Source: Clostridia bacterium
GTDB taxonomy: Bacteria; Bacillota; Peptococcia; DRI-13; PHAD01
Length of the DNA: 64,000 nt
Reading direction: 5' to 3'
Assembly: GCA_034003745.1 (NCBI GenBank)
Contig: JAVEYA010000001.1
Location: 43-64,042, forward strand
Shown here one piece after another: positions 28,253 through 37,426 of this stretch. The stretch's first letter is position 1. Each line of letters begins with the position of its first letter. Made by a program: the position numbers and the translations under genes. The notes below the pieces were generated by a model. That model ran no database searches. It saw only the letters and a list, made by a program, of their open reading frames with translations, and was not told the DNA's origin.

Positions 28253-29620
28253 TTATTCTATGCATTTCGCCGAATTCTCGGCGTTAACATCCAGGCAATT
28301 TTGTCCCTCAATCGTTTTTACCACAATCCTGATGCCTTCAACGGCAACCACCACAACCTTTTCTCCGCGGGCGATAAATTCTCCCCCGGTCACCACGTCC
28401 AAGCGTACGCCGTCTTCCATTACCACCGTACCGGATGGACGCAACGGGGTATAGGCAGTGCCCGTCTTGCCGACGAATCCGCTCAAATCCTGAGACTGCG
28501 GGATATAGCCGTCTTCTTTTTTATAGGTTGTGCTTAAGATCAGGCGGTCCCATAATTTGCGCTTGCGCAGAATTTTAAAGCTCAGCATCAAGAGAACAAT
28601 CGTACCGACAATCGCAAAAATCAAGGAGATAATTCCTGTTTCCCAACTGGGCGCGGCCAGGACAATGCTCACAGTCATGCAGACAATCCCGCCGGCGCCG
28701 AACACGCCGAAGCCGGGCATAAAGGCTTCCACCGCTAAAAGAATCATCCCTAACAAGAATAAGAGTACCGCTTCCCAACCGGTAAACCCGGCCAGCAGGT
28801 TGCCGCCGAAATACAGCGCCAAAGATAAAATACCAATGGTGCCGGCAATGCCCCAACCGATGGTAAAGGCTTCAATGACAATTCCGGCGATGCCGATTGT
28901 CAGTAAAATAGGCGCCACATAAGGATTGGTCACCAGACGCATGAATTGTTCCGGCAGTGAGGGCGCAAATTCCTTCACGGCAGCGCCGCTTAAGTCCAGT
29001 TCAGTGAGCAGTTCCGCCCGGCTGTTCACAATATAATCCGCATAGCCATATTCCTGGGCTTCACGATAAGTCAGGGTCAGGAGCTTGCCCTTCTCGACCA
29101 GTCCTTCTATTTCTCTATCTACATCCACCATGGCTTCCGCAATATCGGTCCTTCTGCCGTTCACTTCGGCCGTGGCAGCCATTTCCTTGGCAAAATAGGA
29201 AACGAATTTTTCATCGGCTCTTTCCATTCCCACTCTGGGCTCCGCCGCTCCCATCGTCGCACCCGGGCGCATAGCAATTTGCTCACAGGCAATGGTAATC
29301 AGCGACCCGGCTGAGATGGCGCCTCCCTTAACAAAAGCAGTGGTAGGGACTTCGCTTTGCAGGATGGTATTCCTGATTTCCAGCGCAGCTTCAACCAGGC
29401 CTCCCGGTGTATCTACTTCCAGTATAACCATCGCCGCCTGCATTTCTGCGGCCTCTGCGAAGCTGCGTTCCACAAACTCAGCCTGCCCGGCGTCGACAAC
29501 CCCGGTTATCGGGATAATATAGACGGTCTCCCCTGCCGCCGATACAGCCGGCAGCATCGAACACAGCAGCACTCCGAACAAGATGGCGCTGATTATTAAT
29601 TTGACGAATTTCTTTCTCAT
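28253..29620 (-). CDS. nfeD: NfeD-family membrane-bound ClpP-class protease (YqeZ)
   Basis: It has a signal sequence and the ClpP-like segment VILEVDTPGGLVEAALEIRN...GGAISAGSLI. It also has a TM block and a C-terminal NfeD OB-fold. It is the conserved partner upstream of floA. Confidence 0.9.
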   Translation of the reverse strand: MRKKFVKLIISAILFGVLLCSMLPAVSAAGETVYIIPITGVVDAGQAEFVERSFAEAAEMQAAMVILEVDTPGGLVEAALEIRNTILQSEVPTTAFVKGGAISAGSLITIACEQIAMRPGATMGAAEPRVGMERADEKFVSYFAKEMAATAEVNGRRTDIAEAMVDVDREIEGLVEKGKLLTLTYREAQEYGYADYIVNSRAELLTELDLSGAAVKEFAPSLPEQFMRLVTNPYVAPILLTIGIAGIVIEAFTIGWGIAGTIGILSLALYFGGNLLAGFTGWEAVLLFLLGMILLAVEAFMPGFGVFGAGGIVCMTVSIVLAAPSWETGIISLIFAIVGTIVLLMLSFKILRKRKLWDRLILSTTYKKEDGYIPQSQDLSGFVGKTGTAYTPLRPSGTVVMEDGVRLDVVTGGEFIARGEKVVVVAVEGIRIVVKTIEGQNCLDVNAENSAKCIE

Positions 29621-29801
29621 CGCTTCACCTGCTTTCATCTTTAATTCTATCATATTGAGGAGAACCCCGCGAAAAAAATTTACATAATGTTCGTTGTCAA
29701 AATATTATTAATTCTATATAATGAACGACGTTACGGTATTGTATTTTCCAAATATTGGTACATGCTTGTCCCGCTTTACCGGTATCGAATGAGGTGATCG
29801 A

Positions 29802-30410
29802 ATGAAAGCAGTAAATTTACGGGTGCCCCTTCTTATATTTGCATATGCTGCCATATTCCTCGCCGCAGTATTCTGCATCCTGACCCTTTACATGGAAAAC
29901 GCCGCTATGCAGCAGGATTTGCTGGAATGGCAGCAACGAACCCATGAACTAAATCAAGAATTGGATAGAATCAACCGCTACAGCAGCAAATACGGCGCCA
30001 CGCCGGAAATTACAGCCGCAGTATTCAGAGAAAGTGAAAGACATAATCTGGACCCTGGCGTTATGTTTGAACTGATCAAGCTGGAGAGCGACTTTGACGC
30101 CCGGGCTATCAGTTCCCACGACGCCCACGGTCTTTGCCAGATCCGCCCCATTACGGCGAGGGAACTCTCACAGGAATTGAACATACCCTATTCCGATGAG
30201 CTGCTTTTTAATACGGATTATAACATCATGCTGGGATCCTATTACTTATCTAAGCTGCTTCATTCCTACGGTTACGATTACCATCACGCCCTTACCGCTT
30301 ACAACAGAGGTCCCGCCGGTCTGAAAAAGTACTTAAACCGCACCGGAACCGCCGTCAGCTCCTATTCCGCCAGAATATTTGAGGGAAGCCTGGCCGCCGT
30401 CATACAGTAA
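29802..30410 (+). CDS. Membrane-anchored lytic transglycosylase (SLT domain)
   Basis: LESDFDARAISSHDAHGLCQIRPITAREL ... AYNRGPAGLKKY, with an N-terminal TM. Confidence 0.85.
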   Translation: MKAVNLRVPLLIFAYAAIFLAAVFCILTLYMENAAMQQDLLEWQQRTHELNQELDRINRYSSKYGATPEITAAVFRESERHNLDPGVMFELIKLESDFDARAISSHDAHGLCQIRPITARELSQELNIPYSDELLFNTDYNIMLGSYYLSKLLHSYGYDYHHALTAYNRGPAGLKKYLNRTGTAVSSYSARIFEGSLAAVIQ

Positions 30411-30436
30411 CGCACAATCAATTCCTCCGTTGTCAT

Positions 30437-30467
30437 AAGCCGCGAGTGTTTACTTGCGGCTTTTTTA
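30437..30467 (+). terminator. Intrinsic terminator after the SLT gene
   Basis: AAGCCGCGAG (30437-30446), a 6-nt loop, CTTGCGGCTT (30453-30462, contains one G-T wobble), then T-rich TTTTATTT. Confidence 0.8.
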
Positions 30468-30593
30468 TTTAACCATTTGTTTTCCTGTGCCTAACCTTTT
30501 CGACATATTTTGGCAGGAAATTACCAAAATAAACAGAATTATTATTATCATTCCGATTTTATGTAAGATTATGTAAACGAGGTGTTGCCTGCA

Positions 30594-32066
30594 ATGAATA
30601 CTAAAGCGCGTAAAATCTTCGCCAGACTGGCTTTGCTGACCGCTCTGGCGTTTTTTGCCTGCGCCTTCCCCTTCTCGCTCCTGGCCGGAACAAATCCTAT
30701 GGATATATTCGCCGGCAGCGGACTTCCGGGCAGCGCGGACGGTCCCCTGAACAAGGCGGGGTTGAACGTACCCTACGGCCTTGCCGTGAACAGCAAAGGA
30801 CACCTTTATATAGCCGACTCTTATAATAACACTGTCCGGATGATAGCCAACGGCATTATGACCACCGTCGCCGGCGGCAATAAAGGCGGTGACGCCTATG
30901 GATTCCCCCGGGGCGGCTACAACGACGGGGAGGCCCTAAAGGCCCGTTTCAACCGGCCCCGCGCTGTGGCTGTAGATAAGTCCGGAGTCCTCTATGTGGC
31001 CGACACAGGCAATCATGCCATTCGCAAGATCGCCGGGGGAAAAGTAACTACCTTGGCGGGAACGGGACAACCCGGATATAAGGATGGAACAGGTAAAGAC
31101 GCCCGCTTCAACTCTCCCGCCGGACTGGTCATAGACGCCAAAGGCAACCTCTATGTCGCCGATACTTTAAACCAGGTGATCCGGAAAATCACGCCTGCCG
31201 GTGTAGTCAGTACTTATGCCGGAAAAAGCGGGGACGGCGGCTATAAGGACGGTTCCGTTTCCTCCGCCTTGTTTAATGAACCTTCCGCCCTTGCCTTGGA
31301 CAGCCGGGGAGACCTCTATATCGCCGATACGGGCAATCAATTGATCCGTAAAGTATCCTCCGGAGAAGTGACCACCGTGGCCGGCAGCCACGGCGCGCTG
31401 CTGGAAGACACGGGCTATTGCCGGGGCGCTTACCGGAACGGCCCGGCGTTAGCTGCCGCCTTCAATTTCCCCAAGGGGTTAACAGTCTTGGATAATGGCG
31501 TTATCATCATCGCCGACACCTGGAATTCCCGCATCCGGGCCATCACTGGGGACAAAGTTATTACCCTGGCGGGTACCGGTGAATACGGCAGCCGGGCTGA
31601 TTCCCTCGATACGGCTATCCTGGCCGCCCCGGCGGGCGTAGTCTATAAAGATAAGCTGCTCTATATCTCCGATAGCGATAATCACCTGATCTGGCAGCTT
31701 CCCTTAGACCCGGATAACTTGCAGGCCCGGCCGGACTACACCCCGCCCGCGGAAGAAATTCAAATCTGGGTGGACGGTGAGAAACTGCTTACCGATGAGA
31801 ATACCCGGCCGTACATCTTCAGTGACCGGACCATGCTGCCCCTTCGGGCTATCTGCGAGAAAGCGGGTTGGAGCGTAGATTGGGCGGAAGACGGCACGAT
31901 TACGGTAACCCAGGAAGATAAGCAAAAGGCGTTTCTCCCCGGAGACGTCAACTTACAGAATAAAAACGGCTTTACTATGACAGGCGTGCGTTATCTGGCC
32001 GAGAGCATGGGCTGTACAGTGGATTGGCTGCCCGAATACCGGGCTGTCTCCGTGCGGTCCCGTTAG
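30594..32066 (+). CDS. Secreted NHL-repeat beta-propeller protein with a C-terminal copper-amine-oxidase-N-terminal-like (stalk) domain
   Basis: Signal peptide MNTKARKIFARLALLTALAFFACAF. There are at least 6 repeats of the type PYGLAVNSKGHLYIADSYNNTVRMI / PRAVAVDKSGVLYVADTGNHAIRKI. The C-terminus is RTMLPLRAICEKAGWSVDWAEDGTITV. The ATG at 30594 follows GAGGTG. Confidence 0.85.
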   Translation: MNTKARKIFARLALLTALAFFACAFPFSLLAGTNPMDIFAGSGLPGSADGPLNKAGLNVPYGLAVNSKGHLYIADSYNNTVRMIANGIMTTVAGGNKGGDAYGFPRGGYNDGEALKARFNRPRAVAVDKSGVLYVADTGNHAIRKIAGGKVTTLAGTGQPGYKDGTGKDARFNSPAGLVIDAKGNLYVADTLNQVIRKITPAGVVSTYAGKSGDGGYKDGSVSSALFNEPSALALDSRGDLYIADTGNQLIRKVSSGEVTTVAGSHGALLEDTGYCRGAYRNGPALAAAFNFPKGLTVLDNGVIIIADTWNSRIRAITGDKVITLAGTGEYGSRADSLDTAILAAPAGVVYKDKLLYISDSDNHLIWQLPLDPDNLQARPDYTPPAEEIQIWVDGEKLLTDENTRPYIFSDRTMLPLRAICEKAGWSVDWAEDGTITVTQEDKQKAFLPGDVNLQNKNGFTMTGVRYLAESMGCTVDWLPEYRAVSVRSR

Positions 32067-32077
32067 GAGTGAGTGAG

Positions 32078-34807
32078 ATGAAAAGAATCCGTACAGTGTT
32101 GATATTAACGTTGATTCTGTCCCTGCTTCTGCCCGCCATGCCGCTTGTGGCGGCGGATACCCTGAAAGCGGCTAAGATCGTGTCCGTTACAGGGGACGTC
32201 AAGGTGCTCAGGGCCGGGGGGGAACGGCTTTTCCCCGCTTTCCAGGGCATGGGCCTGACCAAAGGAGACACTGTGGTTACCGGAGGGGACGGCAAGGCTG
32301 CTATTGATCTGGACCCGGATAAAGAGCTGATCATCGCGCCCAATTCCAAAGTAATGATCAGCGAGCTGATAGAATCATTAGAGACGAATACGGACCAAAC
32401 CCTCTTAAATCTTAAAGCGGGGCAGGTCTATATCAATGTCAAAAAACCCCTGACTACGGGTTCTAAATATGAAATCAAAACCTCTACTGCCGTCATGGGG
32501 GTCAGAGGTACCAAGTTCTTTGTCAATCTGTCCGGGGGCGGTCAAGCCGAAATCGTCACCCTGGAAGGCGTGGTAACCGTCTCGATTCCGCAGACGGTCA
32601 CGGGGCCCGATGGGACGCCTCTTACCCAGATGACGGAAATCCGCTTGGAGCCGAATCAGATGTTTGTGCAAACCGGCGAGGGTACCGGCCAATATGATTT
32701 GACCACCCTGACCGGTAATACATCTTTGAGCCTCTTTGTTCTGGAAACCCTTCAGCAAATCAGTTCACAGCAGCCGGACCTGATTAAGCCTGAACTGCTG
32801 CAAAACCTGGAACAGAAAATCGAGCAGGCCAGACAACAGGAACAGCAGCGTCAACAGCAGCTACAGCAGCAAGAAGAAGACGAAGCCAACAGCCCGGGTA
32901 TTGACTACGGCAGCGGCGCCGGGGACGGAACCGGCAACCGCCGCGGCGGCAATGATAATCAGAACGATGAAGACGAGGATGAAGATGAAGACGACGAGGA
33001 TGAGGATGAGGATGAGGATGGGGATGGGGAGGCGGTGGAAAACGGCTGGGTCAAGAGCGTTATTACTTCCATCGGAAGCCACTGGTATCCCTGGGGTGAA
33101 ACGGATATCGCCGTAGATAGCGACGGCATGCCCCATGTTATCTATACGGCCGGTTCGATAAAATACCGCTATTGGGATGGAAGCTCCTGGCAGGATCGGG
33201 GCTTTCAGTCGGGTACTTCCCGCGGGGCGCTGACCATAGAACAATATGAGGACGGGCAAAATCGCATCCACGTTTCCTGTGCGGATGGCGGTCGTCTGGG
33301 ATATTCAATGATTGAGGAAGGTGGGGGGCTTTACCATTCCTTTGGATCCGAAGAAGCGGAGGTGGAGGGCTCAGCTATTGCTGTGCTTCCCTACTACAAT
33401 GACTATTCGGGTGTGGTGGGAATCAGCTATTATGACGGCACCGGGGGTGATTTGCGCTTCAGATTTGATACGGATACCGGCGATGTTTTACCGGATACTT
33501 GGAGTAATCCTATTCATGTAGCCGGAGTAGAAAGCGACGCCGGAAAGTATTCCTCCCTGGCCTTTACCGGGGAAGGGCAAGTTCTGATTGCCTACTATGA
33601 TGACGACGGCGAAACAGGTTCCCTGAAGCTGGCTGCTATTGCCGATCCGTGGGAGGCTGAACCCCAAATAGAATTAATGGATATTGACGCAGAAGCGGGA
33701 GGGAATGTGGGTCAATACGTCTCTTTGGCTCTGGATAGTGAGGGGCAGCCTCACCTAGCTTACTACGACGAAAGCAATGGGGGCCTCAAGTATGCCACCA
33801 ATCCTACCCTGCAGTATATTGAAGAGGAATGGAATATAGGCGATTGGCAGATCGACATCGTGGACACGGTGGGAGATGTAGGACAATACGCCTCCCTGGC
33901 CCTGGACAACGGCGGCAAGCCCCATATCAGCTACTATGATGCCACCAACGAGGACCTCAAATATGCTGCCAATACCGATGGGGCATGGCAGCTTACCCTT
34001 GTGGACAGCAAGGGGGACGCCGGGCGGTACAGCGCCATTGCCATCGAACCTGCCAATAACGTGCCGCAGATCGCCTATATGGCTCAAAAACATCACTGGG
34101 CGAGCTATAAAGTGAAATACGCCGCTCCGCTGGGGTTTATGAATAAAATTACGCCTGCTGCTATTACCAATGAAATCAGGAATTTCTCCGGGGATATGAC
34201 CATAAGCTATGCGTCTTATGGTTCAGGGCTGTATTTTATGAAATGCGGTGAGTATACTTTAAAGGCTAATGAGCCTGATGATTTCGATATATCGACGGAA
34301 TCCAAGACCATTACTTTTAAAAAGAACTATCTAAACAGCTTGGGAGTCGGTACTCATAAAATCAAGATTTTATTTGCTAATAACGGCCTTCCTGCTGTCC
34401 TTACCATCAATATAACCGACCATGATCATGGTATTTATACGATTGGCAGCATTCCCATCCCCCAAGACGAAGAAGATTTTGCCCAGTTTATAGCTGGAGC
34501 CGTCGATGGGGTGCTGCTGATTGAAGCTACCGGACATGACCCACTATCCATTGTTATGGGGAGCTACGATACAAGAGCGGAATTTCTGGAAAGCCTGAAC
34601 AGCGCGTTGTTAGACGGGTTGGGAGTAAATGATTCCGAAGAACCGTATGTGGAAGCTTTCTTTACCGCCGGGGATTATCTTAAACTTGTTTATAATAATC
34701 ACTATGGATCTGTGGTACCTCTCCGGATTGTGGAGCCCGGGGAAGTTCCAGACGGCTACGATATTTTTTTCGGGGACGACCTTTATATTAAAGAAAAAGC
34801 GTATTAG
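32078..34807 (+). CDS. Secreted 909-aa FecR-domain protein with a Q-rich coil, an acidic D/E tract, a propeller-like repeat region and a C-terminal Ig-like region
   Basis: - Signal peptide MKRIRTVLILTLILSLLLPAMPLVAA.
- FecR-type segment GDVKVLRAGGERLFPAFQGMGLTKGDTVVTGGDGKAAIDL...AVMGVRGTKFFV.
- Repeats GQYVSLALDSEGQPHLAYYDESNGGLKYA / GQYASLALDNGGKPHISYYDATNEDLKYA / GKYSSLAFTGEGQVLIAYYDD / GRYSAIAIEPANNVPQIAYM.
- The ATG at 32078 follows GGAGTGAGTGAG, 11 nt after the NHL gene stop. Confidence 0.85.
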   Translation: MKRIRTVLILTLILSLLLPAMPLVAADTLKAAKIVSVTGDVKVLRAGGERLFPAFQGMGLTKGDTVVTGGDGKAAIDLDPDKELIIAPNSKVMISELIESLETNTDQTLLNLKAGQVYINVKKPLTTGSKYEIKTSTAVMGVRGTKFFVNLSGGGQAEIVTLEGVVTVSIPQTVTGPDGTPLTQMTEIRLEPNQMFVQTGEGTGQYDLTTLTGNTSLSLFVLETLQQISSQQPDLIKPELLQNLEQKIEQARQQEQQRQQQLQQQEEDEANSPGIDYGSGAGDGTGNRRGGNDNQNDEDEDEDEDDEDEDEDEDGDGEAVENGWVKSVITSIGSHWYPWGETDIAVDSDGMPHVIYTAGSIKYRYWDGSSWQDRGFQSGTSRGALTIEQYEDGQNRIHVSCADGGRLGYSMIEEGGGLYHSFGSEEAEVEGSAIAVLPYYNDYSGVVGISYYDGTGGDLRFRFDTDTGDVLPDTWSNPIHVAGVESDAGKYSSLAFTGEGQVLIAYYDDDGETGSLKLAAIADPWEAEPQIELMDIDAEAGGNVGQYVSLALDSEGQPHLAYYDESNGGLKYATNPTLQYIEEEWNIGDWQIDIVDTVGDVGQYASLALDNGGKPHISYYDATNEDLKYAANTDGAWQLTLVDSKGDAGRYSAIAIEPANNVPQIAYMAQKHHWASYKVKYAAPLGFMNKITPAAITNEIRNFSGDMTISYASYGSGLYFMKCGEYTLKANEPDDFDISTESKTITFKKNYLNSLGVGTHKIKILFANNGLPAVLTINITDHDHGIYTIGSIPIPQDEEDFAQFIAGAVDGVLLIEATGHDPLSIVMGSYDTRAEFLESLNSALLDGLGVNDSEEPYVEAFFTAGDYLKLVYNNHYGSVVPLRIVEPGEVPDGYDIFFGDDLYIKEKAY
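32963..33031 (+). repeat. GAW-codon microsatellite-like tract encoding NDEDEDEDEDDEDEDEDEDGDGE
   Basis: GATGAAGACGAGGATGAAGATGAAGACGACGAGGATGAGGATGAGGATGAGGATGGGGATGGGGA is read directly. It is preceded by a CAG/CAA-rich tract (about 32830-32880). Confidence 0.9.
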
Positions 34808-34823
34808 AAGGAGATCACCCATT

Positions 34824-35648
34824 ATGCCAGCTGACTTTATTGTCACCTTTTGGGGAGTACGGGGCTCCCGGCCTGTGCCGGGGCCTGAGACAACAAAATA
34901 CGGCGGCAATACGCCCTGCGTGGAAGTGCGAATTGGGGATAGATTAATAATTTTGGATGCGGGGACAGGTATCTGCGAACTGGGCTGCAAGCTGGACCGG
35001 ACGGAGGAACCCCTGCAGGGGGATATTCTCCTGACCCATACCCATTGGGATCATATCCATGGCTTGCCCTTCTTTAAACCCGCTTATAAAGGGGATAATC
35101 GCTTTTGTCTGTACGGAGCCAGGCCAAAAGAGACCTCCCTGGAGTCGTTGCTGAAACGGGCTATACTGGCCCCCCTCTTTCCCATTCCCCTGGAGAAAAT
35201 GGGAGCTGACTTTCGTTTCCGTGAGACTGCCCCGGGGGAGGAACTGGACCTGGGACAGGGAATCACCGTGCGGAGCGCTGCCAACAACCACCCCGACGGC
35301 GGTCTCTCTTACCGCGTGCAGTATGGGGATAAATCCTGCTGCTACGTGACGGATACGGAGCACGGAGGGAGCGCGGACCAGGCCCTTCAGGAGCTGTGCC
35401 GGGGCGCCGGGGCGATTATCTATGACGCCCATTTTACGGAGGACGAGTATCCCCGCTATAAAGGCTGGGGCCACTCCACCTGGCGTGAGGGCGTGAAGCT
35501 ACTGGAAGCGTCCGGAGCCAAACAACTGCTCCTTTTTCATCATCACCCCGAGCGTACCGATCAGGAAATGGCTGAGCTGGAGGAGCTCCTCCGCGGACAG
35601 TATACCCATGTCCGGGCTGCCCGGGAAGGGCTGGTGCTCAGCCTGTGA
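34824..35648 (+). CDS. MBL-fold metallo-hydrolase (274 aa)
   Basis: MPADFIVTFWGVRGSRPVPGPETTKYGGNTPCVEVRIGDRLIILDAGTG, plus the metal motif HTHWDHIHG. The ATG at 34824 follows GGAG. The stop overlaps the cyclase GTG start (GTGA at 35645-35648). Confidence 0.85.
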   Translation: MPADFIVTFWGVRGSRPVPGPETTKYGGNTPCVEVRIGDRLIILDAGTGICELGCKLDRTEEPLQGDILLTHTHWDHIHGLPFFKPAYKGDNRFCLYGARPKETSLESLLKRAILAPLFPIPLEKMGADFRFRETAPGEELDLGQGITVRSAANNHPDGGLSYRVQYGDKSCCYVTDTEHGGSADQALQELCRGAGAIIYDAHFTEDEYPRYKGWGHSTWREGVKLLEASGAKQLLLFHHHPERTDQEMAELEELLRGQYTHVRAAREGLVLSL

Positions 35649-37426
35649 ACACGCTGAAAACTTATCGCAAATTCTTTCTTATCATTATACTGGGGATAGC
35701 CTTTTGTCTTTTAGCCTGGCTGGATACCTTTGAGACCCTGGAAAATAAGCTGCAGGATACTTTTCTTCAAAAAAGCGGTCCGGTAGATACTCAGATTGTT
35801 CTAATCGGTATCGACGACCAAAGTCTGACGGATTTGGGGCGCTTCCCCTGGTCCCGCTATGTCTACGCCGAATTATTCCGCATTCTGGCTCAGGGGGAGC
35901 CGGCGGCCGTCGGTATCGACCTGATCTTCAGCGAACCCTCGTCCGACCCGGCGGAAGACGCCGCTCTGGTAGAGTCTATCCAGGCGGCTGGGAACGTGAT
36001 TCTTCCCGTCTATGCCAACCTGGAAGGCTATGCGGACGGGCGGGGCGCTATCCAGACGGATAATCTGGTCGTACCCTTCCCCGATTATCCGCCGGAATTT
36101 CTCACCGGCCATATCAATACCTTTCCCGATCCGGACGGCATCATCCGCAAGACCGCCCTCTACCTGGGCTACCGGGGCGAAACCGTACCCAGCTTTGCCT
36201 GGCGGATTTATGAACAGTTTTGCAAGTCCACCGGCCGTGTTCCAAGGTCATTGCATCAATTTCCTTTAGACCCTATCAAGCGTCTGGAAATCGCCTATAC
36301 CGGTGTGCCCGGGGATTTCGAACATGTCGGCTTTTCCCAGGTTATTGCCGGGGAAATAGACCCGGAATTCTTTCGGAATCGCATCGTCCTGATTGGTCCC
36401 TACACCGTGGGGATTGACGATTATTATTTTACCCCGCTGCAACCCGAGACCCCCATGTACGGAGTGGAGATTCACGCCAATATTCTGCAGAATCTTCTTC
36501 ATGATACCTATAAGGAACGTATCGCTTATCCGGTGATCCTCCTGGTCATTCTCTTTTTCGGTGCGGCCTCCGCCCTGGGCTTTAACCGGCTCAGCCCGTT
36601 TCAGGGACTTGCCCTGCTTGCCGGCCTGGCCGCCGCATATCTCTTTATAGCCAAGCAGTTGTACGCGCAAGGCTATATCCTTTCCCTGCTCTATCCCCTT
36701 ACTTTCCTGGCCCTGGCTTACCTCGCAGCCCTGGGCGCCAACTATGTGACGGAGATGCTGGAACGCCGCCGCATTACCGGGGTTTTTTCCCGCTATGTGG
36801 CGCCCCAGGTCGTCAATAAGCTTCTGGCAGGAGGTGAGGCCGCCCTGCAGTTGGGTGGCTCCCGCAAAGAGATTTCCGTCTTGTTCGTAGATATCCGCGG
36901 CTTTACCCCCCTTTCTGAGGCGGCTGCGCCGGAGGAAGTGGTGGAAATCCTTAATGAATATCTGACCTTGGTGGCCAACGCCATCTTTCGGTACGGCGGG
37001 ACCCTGGATAAATTTATCGGCGACGCGGCCATGGCCCTTTTCAACGCGCCCCTGGATCTGGACGATCACTGTTTTCAGGCGGTCCAAGCGGCCTGGGCTA
37101 TGAAGGAAGGGGCTGTTCCCCTGCAGAAAAGGCTGCAGGAGAAGTTTGGGCGTAACGTGCAGTTCGGCATCGGGGTCAACACGGGCCCGGCGGTTATCGG
37201 CAATATCGGAGCCAGTTTCCGTATGGACTACACTGCCATTGGCGATACGGTGAACACGGCGGCCCGCCTGGAGAGCAACGCTCAGCCCGGACAAATTCTT
37301 ATTTCCGAAGCTGTTTACGAACAAGTCAAAGAAAAAGTGGAGGCCGCCTCCCTTGGAGAAATCAAGGTCAAAGGCAAAGCCCAAGGAGTTCCGGTCTATC
37401 AGTTGGACGGCGTCAAAGATAATTAA
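35645..37426 (+). CDS. CHASE2-sensor class III nucleotidyl (probably adenylyl) cyclase
   Basis: - N-terminal TM plus CHASE2 pattern (VLIGIDDQSLTDLGRFPWSRYVYAELFRILAQGEPAAVGIDLIFSEPS).
- About 3 TM segments.
- Cyclase domain VLFVDIRGFTPLSE ... GGTLDKFIGDAAMALFNAP ... IGVNTGPAVIGNIG..RMDYTAIGDTVNTAARLES.
- The Lys in DKFIGD and Thr in DYTAIGD fit the Lys/Thr pair of class IIIb adenylyl cyclases; this alignment was done by eye. Confidence 0.88.
   Translation: MNTLKTYRKFFLIIILGIAFCLLAWLDTFETLENKLQDTFLQKSGPVDTQIVLIGIDDQSLTDLGRFPWSRYVYAELFRILAQGEPAAVGIDLIFSEPSSDPAEDAALVESIQAAGNVILPVYANLEGYADGRGAIQTDNLVVPFPDYPPEFLTGHINTFPDPDGIIRKTALYLGYRGETVPSFAWRIYEQFCKSTGRVPRSLHQFPLDPIKRLEIAYTGVPGDFEHVGFSQVIAGEIDPEFFRNRIVLIGPYTVGIDDYYFTPLQPETPMYGVEIHANILQNLLHDTYKERIAYPVILLVILFFGAASALGFNRLSPFQGLALLAGLAAAYLFIAKQLYAQGYILSLLYPLTFLALAYLAALGANYVTEMLERRRITGVFSRYVAPQVVNKLLAGGEAALQLGGSRKEISVLFVDIRGFTPLSEAAAPEEVVEILNEYLTLVANAIFRYGGTLDKFIGDAAMALFNAPLDLDDHCFQAVQAAWAMKEGAVPLQKRLQEKFGRNVQFGIGVNTGPAVIGNIGASFRMDYTAIGDTVNTAARLESNAQPGQILISEAVYEQVKEKVEAASLGEIKVKGKAQGVPVYQLDGVKDN

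Noticed and set aside
30511-30526. Sigma-54-like -24/-12 element (TGGCAG-GAAAT-TACC) upstream of the cyclase operon.
   Set aside because: The -24 TGGCA is present, but the -12 element lacks the essential GC (TACC instead of TTGC). No enhancer-binding-protein gene is nearby.
30465-30803. 112-aa minus-strand ORF across the NHL operon promoter and 5' end.
   Set aside because: It is antisense to the signal-peptide region of a well-supported gene, runs through the promoter and terminator region, and has no recognisable motifs.
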